Source of the DNA: an uncultured Candidatus Rokubacteria bacterium
GTDB taxonomy: Bacteria > Methylomirabilota > Methylomirabilia > Rokubacteriales > CSP1-6
DNA length: 64,000 nt
NCBI GenBank assembly: GCA_963762145.1
Contig: CAVXJS010000022.1
Coordinates: 116,536-180,535 of the forward strand
Reading direction: 5' to 3'
The position numbers and the translations under genes are program-made. Shown here one piece after another: positions 58,016-64,000 of the stretch. The notes under the pieces were generated by a model. It did not search any database. It had not been told where the DNA came from and worked only from the letters and a program-made list of their open reading frames with translations. How positions within the stretch are numbered: the first letter of the stretch is position 1; the number at the start of each line of letters is the position of its first letter.

Positions 58016-60463
58016 ATGAGCCCCGAACGACAGACGCCCGTTCCGATCGAAGAGGAGATGCGGAAGTCGTATCTCGACTACGCCATGTCCGTCATCGTCG
58101 GCCGCGCGCTGCCCGACATCCGCGACGGCCTGAAGCCGGTGCACCGGCGCGTGCTCTTCGCGATGCACGAGCTCGGGCTGAACTGGAACCGCGCCTACAA
58201 GAAGTCGGCGCGCGTGGTCGGCGAGGTGCTCGGCAAGTATCACCCGCACGGCGACGCGCCGGTGTACGAGGCCCTCGTCCGCATGGTCCAGGAGTTCTCG
58301 CTCCGGTACCCGCTGGTGGACGGGCAGGGCAACTTCGGCTCGATCGACGGCGATCCGCCCGCCGCGATGCGGTACACCGAGACGCGCCTGGCCAAGATCG
58401 CCCACGAGCTGCTCGCCGACATCGACAAGGAGACGGTGGATTTCACGCCGAACTTCGACGAGTCGCTCCAGGAGCCCGTGGTCCTGCCCACCAAGGTGCC
58501 GAACCTGCTCGTCAACGGCTCCTCCGGCATCGCGGTGGGCATGGCGACCAACATCCCGCCCCACAACCTGCGGGAAGTGGTCGACGGGCTGATCAAGGTG
58601 GTCGACAACCCCGACGTCACCATCGACGAGCTGATGACGCTGATCCCGGGTCCGGACTTTCCGACCCGCGGCTACATCTACGGCCGCGGCGGCATCCGGG
58701 AGGCCTACACCACCGGACGCGGCATCCTCACGCTGCGGGCCAAGGCCCACGTCGAGAAGATGCGGGGCGGCCGCGAAGCGATCATCGTCACCGAGCTGCC
58801 GTACCAGGTGAACAAGGCGTCGCTGATGGAGAAGATCGGCGAGCTGGTGCGCGACAAGAAGATCGAGGGCATCAGCGAGCGCCGCGACGAGTCGAGCCGC
58901 GAGGGCATCCGGGTCGTGCTGGAGCTGGGCCGCGGCGAGATGCCGCAGATCGTGATCAACCAGCTCTACAAGCACACCCAGATGCAGACCACCTTCGGGG
59001 TCATCATGCTGGCCCTGGTGGGCCGCCGCCCGCAGGTCGTCAACCTGAAGCAGATGCTGCAGGAGTTCATCGCGTTCCGCCGCGAGGTGGTCACGCGCCG
59101 GACCCGGTACGATCTGGCGCGCGCGGAGGAGCGGGCCCACATCCTCGAGGGGCTGCGCAAGGCGGTCGACCAGATCGATCTCGTCATCCGCATCATCCGC
59201 CAGGCGGAGAGCCCGGACGCGGCCAAGGACGCGTTGATGCGGCAGCTCACGCTGTCGGAGATCCAGGCCAAGGCCATCCTCGACATGCGCCTGCAGCGCC
59301 TCACCCAGCTCGAGCGCCACAAGATCGTGGAGGAGCACGAGCAGACCCTGGCCCTCATCGAGGACCTCAAGGGGATCCTCGCGTCGGAGCAGCGGCTGCT
59401 CGGGATCATCAAGGACGAGCTCGCCGCGCTCAGCGAGGAGTTCGGCGACGAGCGCCGCACCGAGATCCTGGCCGAGACCGCGGACCTGACCATCGAGGAC
59501 CTCCTCGCCGACGACGACATGGTGGTGACGATCACGCGCTCCGGCTACATCAAGCGGACGCACGTGGAGGCCTACCGCAGCCAGAAGCGCGGCGGCAAGG
59601 GCGTGACCGGCATGGAGACGAAGGAGGAGGACATCGTCGAGGACCTGTTCGTGGCCTCGACCCATTCCTACCTCCTCTTCTTCACCAACAAGGGCAAGGT
59701 GCACTGGCTCAAGGTGCACGAGATCCCCGAAGGGGGCCGGCAGGCCAAGGGCAAGGCGATGGCCAACGTGCTGTCGCTCGCCGACGGGGAGCGCGTGGCC
59801 ACGTGCGTGCCGGTGCGCGACTTCGAGTCCGGCGGCTACGTGCTCTTCGCCACCAAGCAGGGCAAGGTGAAGAAGACCGAGCTCTCCGCCTTCTCGCACC
59901 CGCGCGCGGGCGGCATCCAGGCCATCACGCTCGAGGAGGGCGACGAGGTGATGGCGGCCCGGCGCACCGACGGCCAGCGCGAGGTGCTGCTCTCGACGAA
60001 GCTCGGCATGATCATCCGCTTCCCGGAGGACGAGGTGCGCCCGATGGGCCGCACCGCCGCCGGAGTCCGCGGCATCGACGTGGACGAGGGCGATCAGGTC
60101 ATCGCGGCGGAGACGCTCCGGGAGGGCGTGACGATCCTCACCGTGACCGAGCGCGGCTACGGCAAGCGCACGCCGCTCGACGAGTACCGGCTGCAGGGGC
60201 GCGCGGGCAAGGGCATCATCGACATCAAGACCGCGGGCCGCAACGGCGCGGTGGTGGGGATGCTGCAGGTGCGCGAGGGCGACGACATCCTGGTCGTCAC
60301 CACCAAGGGCAAGATGATCCGCCTGCACGCCGACGAGATCACGAGCCAGGGGCGCAACACCATGGGCGTCCGGATCATCGACCTGGACGCCGACGACCAG
60401 GTGGGCAACCTCGCCCGCGTCGAGGCCGAGCAGGCGGCGGCTCCCGAGACGTCGTCACAGTAG
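58016..60463 (+). CDS. gyrA: DNA gyrase subunit A
   Basis: [15 protein letters not shown], GyrA-box QKRGGKG. Confidence 0.98.
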   Translation: MSPERQTPVPIEEEMRKSYLDYAMSVIVGRALPDIRDGLKPVHRRVLFAMHELGLNWNRAYKKSARVVGEVLGKYHPHGDAPVYEALVRMVQEFSLRYPLVDGQGNFGSIDGDPPAAMRYTETRLAKIAHELLADIDKETVDFTPNFDESLQEPVVLPTKVPNLLVNGSSGIAVGMATNIPPHNLREVVDGLIKVVDNPDVTIDELMTLIPGPDFPTRGYIYGRGGIREAYTTGRGILTLRAKAHVEKMRGGREAIIVTELPYQVNKASLMEKIGELVRDKKIEGISERRDESSREGIRVVLELGRGEMPQIVINQLYKHTQMQTTFGVIMLALVGRRPQVVNLKQMLQEFIAFRREVVTRRTRYDLARAEERAHILEGLRKAVDQIDLVIRIIRQAESPDAAKDALMRQLTLSEIQAKAILDMRLQRLTQLERHKIVEEHEQTLALIEDLKGILASEQRLLGIIKDELAALSEEFGDERRTEILAETADLTIEDLLADDDMVVTITRSGYIKRTHVEAYRSQKRGGKGVTGMETKEEDIVEDLFVASTHSYLLFFTNKGKVHWLKVHEIPEGGRQAKGKAMANVLSLADGERVATCVPVRDFESGGYVLFATKQGKVKKTELSAFSHPRAGGIQAITLEEGDEVMAARRTDGQREVLLSTKLGMIIRFPEDEVRPMGRTAAGVRGIDVDEGDQVIAAETLREGVTILTVTERGYGKRTPLDEYRLQGRAGKGIIDIKTAGRNGAVVGMLQVREGDDILVVTTKGKMIRLHADEITSQGRNTMGVRIIDLDADDQVGNLARVEAEQAAAPETSSQ

Positions 60464-60494
60464 ACCCCGCCGGCACACGCCGGACGGGGTGACG

Positions 60495-60523
60495 GGGGGC
60501 CGCGTAGCTGCGGCCTCCTTTTT
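60495..60523 (+). terminator. Rho-independent terminator after gyrA
   Basis: GGGGGCCGCG-tagc-TGCGGCCTCC-TTTTT. Confidence 0.7.
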
Positions 60524-60533
60524 GGTTATGCTT

Positions 60534-60570
60534 TCCCCTCTCCCTCTGGGGAGAGGGTAGGGTGAGGGGC
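60534..60570. repeat. REP-like CCCTCTCCC hairpin element
   Basis: CCCTCTCCCTCTGGGGAGAGGGTAGGGTGAGGGG; single copy noticed in window. Confidence 0.55.
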
Positions 60571-60589
60571 CGGAGACGAGGGGAACGCG

Positions 60590-61879
60590 ATGCTCGACAT
60601 CAAGCTGATCCGGGAAGATCCCGCGGCGGTGGAGCACGCGCTCGCGACGCGCGGCGCCCCCGTGTCGCTCGCACCCGTGCTCGCGGTGGACGCGGAGCGC
60701 CGCCGCCTGCTGACCGAGGCCGAGGAGCTAAAGGCCGAGCGCAACCGCGCCTCCGAGGCCATCGGCCAGGCCAAGCGCCGCGGGGAGGACGCGCAGGCCG
60801 CGATGGCGCTCATGCGCGAGGGCTCCGACCGCATCAAGGCGCTCGACGCCTCGGTCAAGGAGGCCGACGCGCGCCTGGAAGCGCTGCTGCTCGAGATCCC
60901 GAACGTTCCCCACGCGAGCGTGCCGGTGGGGCGCTCGGCCGACGACAACGTCGAGGTGCGCCGCTGGGGCACGCCGCGGCAGTTCGCGTTCGCGCCGAAG
61001 CAGCACTTCGAGCTCGGCGAGGCGCTCGGCGTCCTCGACTTCGATCGCGCGAGCAAGATCGCCAAGGCGCGGTTCACGGTCATGTGGGGCGCGGCGGCCC
61101 AGCTCAGCCGGGCGCTCGCGCAGCTCATGCTCGATCTGCACACACGCGAGCACGGCTTCACCGAGGTATGGGTGCCGCATCTGGTGAATGCGGAGACCAT
61201 GACCGGGGTGGCGATGCTGCCCAAGTTCGAGGAACAGATGTTCAAGACCGTCGAGCCGGACGCGGGGCGCACCCTCTACCTGATCCCGACCGCGGAAGTA
61301 GCGCTCACCGCGCTGCACGGCGGCGAGATCCTGCCCGAGGCCGAGCTGCCCCGGCGCTACTGCGCCTTCACGCCCTGCTACCGCCGGGAGGCCGGCACCT
61401 ACGGGCAGGACACCAAGGGCATGATCCGGCAGCACCAGTTCGACAAGGTCGAGATGGTCAAGCTGGCCGCACCCGCGCGGTCGTACGACGAGCTCGAGGC
61501 GATGGTGCGAAGCGCGGAGACGGTGCTCCAGCGGCTCGAGCTGCCGTACCGGGTGATGGCGCTCTGCACCGGCGACATGGGCTTCCACTCGGCCAAGACC
61601 TACGACCTCGAGGTCTGGCTGCCGGGACAGGGCAAGTATCGCGAGATCTCCTCGTGCTCGAACTGCGAGGCGTATCAGGCCCGCCGGCTCGACATCAAGT
61701 ACCGCCCCGCGGGGGGCGGCCGGGTCGAGCTGTGTCACACACTCAATGGCTCCGGGCTCGCGGTGGGGCGGACGCTGATCGCGGTGCTCGAGAACTACCA
61801 GGAGGCCGACGGGTCCATCACGGTGCCGCCCGCGCTCCGTCCCTACATGGGCGGCCTCGAGCGCATCACAGCCCGATAG
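60590..61879 (+). CDS. serS: serine--tRNA ligase
   Basis: LIPTAE, RREAG, RQHQFDKVE, EISSCSN, TLNGSGLA. Confidence 0.97.
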   Translation: MLDIKLIREDPAAVEHALATRGAPVSLAPVLAVDAERRRLLTEAEELKAERNRASEAIGQAKRRGEDAQAAMALMREGSDRIKALDASVKEADARLEALLLEIPNVPHASVPVGRSADDNVEVRRWGTPRQFAFAPKQHFELGEALGVLDFDRASKIAKARFTVMWGAAAQLSRALAQLMLDLHTREHGFTEVWVPHLVNAETMTGVAMLPKFEEQMFKTVEPDAGRTLYLIPTAEVALTALHGGEILPEAELPRRYCAFTPCYRREAGTYGQDTKGMIRQHQFDKVEMVKLAAPARSYDELEAMVRSAETVLQRLELPYRVMALCTGDMGFHSAKTYDLEVWLPGQGKYREISSCSNCEAYQARRLDIKYRPAGGGRVELCHTLNGSGLAVGRTLIAVLENYQEADGSITVPPALRPYMGGLERITAR

Positions 61880-61891
61880 TCAGTCACACGC

Positions 61892-61981
61892 GGAGGGGTG
61901 GCCGAGTCCGGTTGAAGGCGCCGGTCTTGAAAACCGGAATCCCGCAAGGGATCGGGGGTTCGAATCCCTCCCCCTCCGCCA
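61892..61981 (+). tRNA. tRNA-Ser(TGA)
   Basis: GGAGGGGTGGCCGAG..CCGGTCTTGAAAACCGG, long variable arm, CCA end. Confidence 0.96.
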
Positions 61982-61991
61982 TTTTCCCGCC

Positions 61992-63729
61992 TCAGCGGCG
62001 GCCCGCGGTCTCCTCGACGGTGGCCGCCCCGGGCGCGTGGGGCGTCACGACCAGGTTCCTCGCGTGGAACGGCCGCAGCGTGCTCCGGTGGCCGACGCTC
62101 ACCAGGGTGACGCCGGGCAGCCGCTCGCGCAGGAGCGTGTAGAGCCGTACCTCGCTCGCCTCGTCCAGGGCCGAGGTGGCCTCGTCGAGGAAGAGCCACG
62201 CGGGCTTCTGCACCAGGGCGCGCGCGAAGGCGATGCGCTGCTGCTCGCCAGGGGACAGCGCGAGCGCCCAGTGGGCGTGCTCGCCGAGCCGCGCGGTCAA
62301 CGCCGGGAGCCCGACCGCCTTGAGCGCTTCCCGGAGCGCGTCGTCGTCGAAGCCGCCGGGCGGGGTGGGATAGCTGACCACTTCGCGCAGGGTGCCGATC
62401 GGCAGGTACGGCTTCTGGGGCAGGAAGAGTACGCGGCCGTCGCGTGGCAGGCTGATCTCGCCCGTACCGAAGGGCCAGATACCCGCGATGGCGCGGAACA
62501 GTGTGCTCTTGCCCGCGCCGGACGGGCCGCTGATCAGCGCGGAATCGCCGGGTCGGAAATCGAGCGTCGCGCCCTCGAGGAGCGGTCCGCCACCCGGCAG
62601 CTTCAGGTCGACCCGGTCGAGCGCGAGCGCGTCGCCCGATCCCGGCGTCCGTCGCACGCCGTCGCTCGCCGCGTCGGCGCGCATCCGCACGAGGGCTCGC
62701 TCGAAGCCCACCAGGCGCTGGACGACGGAACGCCACTGCGCGATGTCGGTGTAAGCGCTGATGATGAACGACAGCGAGTCCTGCACCTGGCCGAACGCCG
62801 GACGCGATCTGCATCAGGCCGCCCAGCGGGATCTCGCCCGCAGAAGTAGCGCGGCGCCGCGACCACGAACGGGAAGATGACCGCGACCTGGCCGTAGCCT
62901 GCGGTGAACCAGGTGAGGCGCTTTTGCTGGCGCATGATCGCCCACCAGTTCCCGACCACCTCCCCGAAGCGCTCGCGGAAGCTGCGCAGCTCGTCGGCCT
63001 CGCCCCGGTAGAGCGCGATCCCCTCCGCGTTCTCGCGGAAGCGCACGAGGCCGAAGCGGAAGTCGGCCTCGTAGCGCTGCTGGTCGAAGTTGAGGCGCAC
63101 GAGCGGCCGGCCGATCAGGTTGGTGAGCCACGTGCCGACGATCGCGTAGAGGAGCGCGGCCCACACCATGTAGCCCGGGGATGGTCCAGCCCGCTCCGAC
63201 GGGGAGCGTCATCGAGCCCGACAGCCCCCAGAGGATGCCGAGGAAAGAGATGAGGGTCACCACGCGCGCGCATCCCGCCGATCCCGAGGGTGAGTGTCGC
63301 GCTCACGAAGAGCCGCAGGTCCTCCGCGATGCGCTGGTCGGGATTGTCGGTCTCCGAGGCGGTGAGCTGCATGCGGTAGTAGGCGCCGTCGGCGAGCCAG
63401 GCGTTCAGGTAGCGGTCGGTGAGCCAGCGCCGCCAGCGGATCTGGAGCATCTGATTGAGATAGATCTGGTACACCGCGGCCACGATGAACAGGCCGGCGA
63501 GCCACGTGAACCGGACGAGCTGGCTCCAGAAGACGGCGTAGTCCTTATCCTGGAGCGCGTTGTAGAAGGCATTGTTCCACTGGTTGAGGAGGACGTTGAT
63601 GTAGACGATGCCCAGGTTGAGCGCAATCACCAGGATGAGGAGGCCACGCCCGGCCCAGCGGTCCTCCGAGAACCAGTAGGGGCGGATGAGCGTCCACGTA
63701 TCGTGCAGCAGTTCGCGCAGGCGAGCCAT
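61992..63729 (-). CDS. YddA-like fused ABC permease/ATPase, frameshifted
   Basis: DNPDQRIAED, EADFRFGLVRFRENAE, GPSGAGKS, LSPGEQQR, LDEATS across ORF pieces. Confidence 0.85.
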
Positions 63730-63830
63730 GTGGGAGGGCCTCCTCGGCCCTGAGCATAGCCCACGTCCCCGGCCCTTCCCGGTAGTCCGCGCGGCTCGGA
63801 TGACATATACTCTGTGGGCTTGAGACAGTT

Positions 63831-63924
63831 GGAGAGGTGGCCGAGTCGGCCGAAGGCAGCCGCCTGCTAAGCGGTTATAGGGGCAAAACCTCTATCCCGG
63901 GTTCGAATCCCGGCCTCTCCGCCA
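63831..63924 (+). tRNA. tRNA-Ser(GCT)
   Basis: GGAGAGGTGGCCGAG..GCCGCCTGCTAAGCGGT..CTCTCCGCCA. Confidence 0.96.
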
Positions 63925-63927
63925 TGC

Positions 63928-64000
63928 GCGCCCTTAGCTCAGATGGATAGAGCGTCGGACTACGAATCCGAAGGCCAGAGGTTCGATTCCTCTAGGGCGC
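63928..64000 (+). tRNA. tRNA-Arg(ACG), cut by window end
   Basis: GCGCCCTTAGCTCAGATGGATAGAGCGTCGGACTACGAATCCGAAGG..TTCGATT. Confidence 0.95.

Overview
High-GC bacterial chromosome segment spanning the replication origin. The lineage is probably Ca. Rokubacteria/Methylomirabilota; this is an inference from GC content and the 'MDRRxF..GLLAAPxAA...[28 protein letters not shown]' ABC substrate-binding paralogs. Right part (~24.9-64 kb) is mostly core: rdgB/rph/amidase, a CoxL-like gene, tmRNA+smpB, tRNA-Leu, ubiX, a two-component/HD-GYP module, atpFHAGDC, mnmA, parAB+parS, rsmG, yidC/yidD/rnpA/rpmH, oriC, dnaA-dnaN-recF-gyrB-gyrA-serS and tRNA-Ser/Ser/Arg. Left part (1-24.9 kb) is an accessory patchwork downstream of tRNA-Pro, with IS3 and IS481 elements, integrase remnants, three tRNA fragments marking integration scars (two are unusual 5' halves), repeated fragments of the ABC substrate-binding family, a CTAG-rich foreign segment and a duplicated micro-membrane-protein module. 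The most notable pattern is five sigma54-type -24/-12 promoters that each place a start codon 3-7 nt after the predicted TSS, suggesting near-leaderless sigma54 transcription. Many frameshifts in conserved genes are probably long-read errors, so pseudogene calls are tentative.
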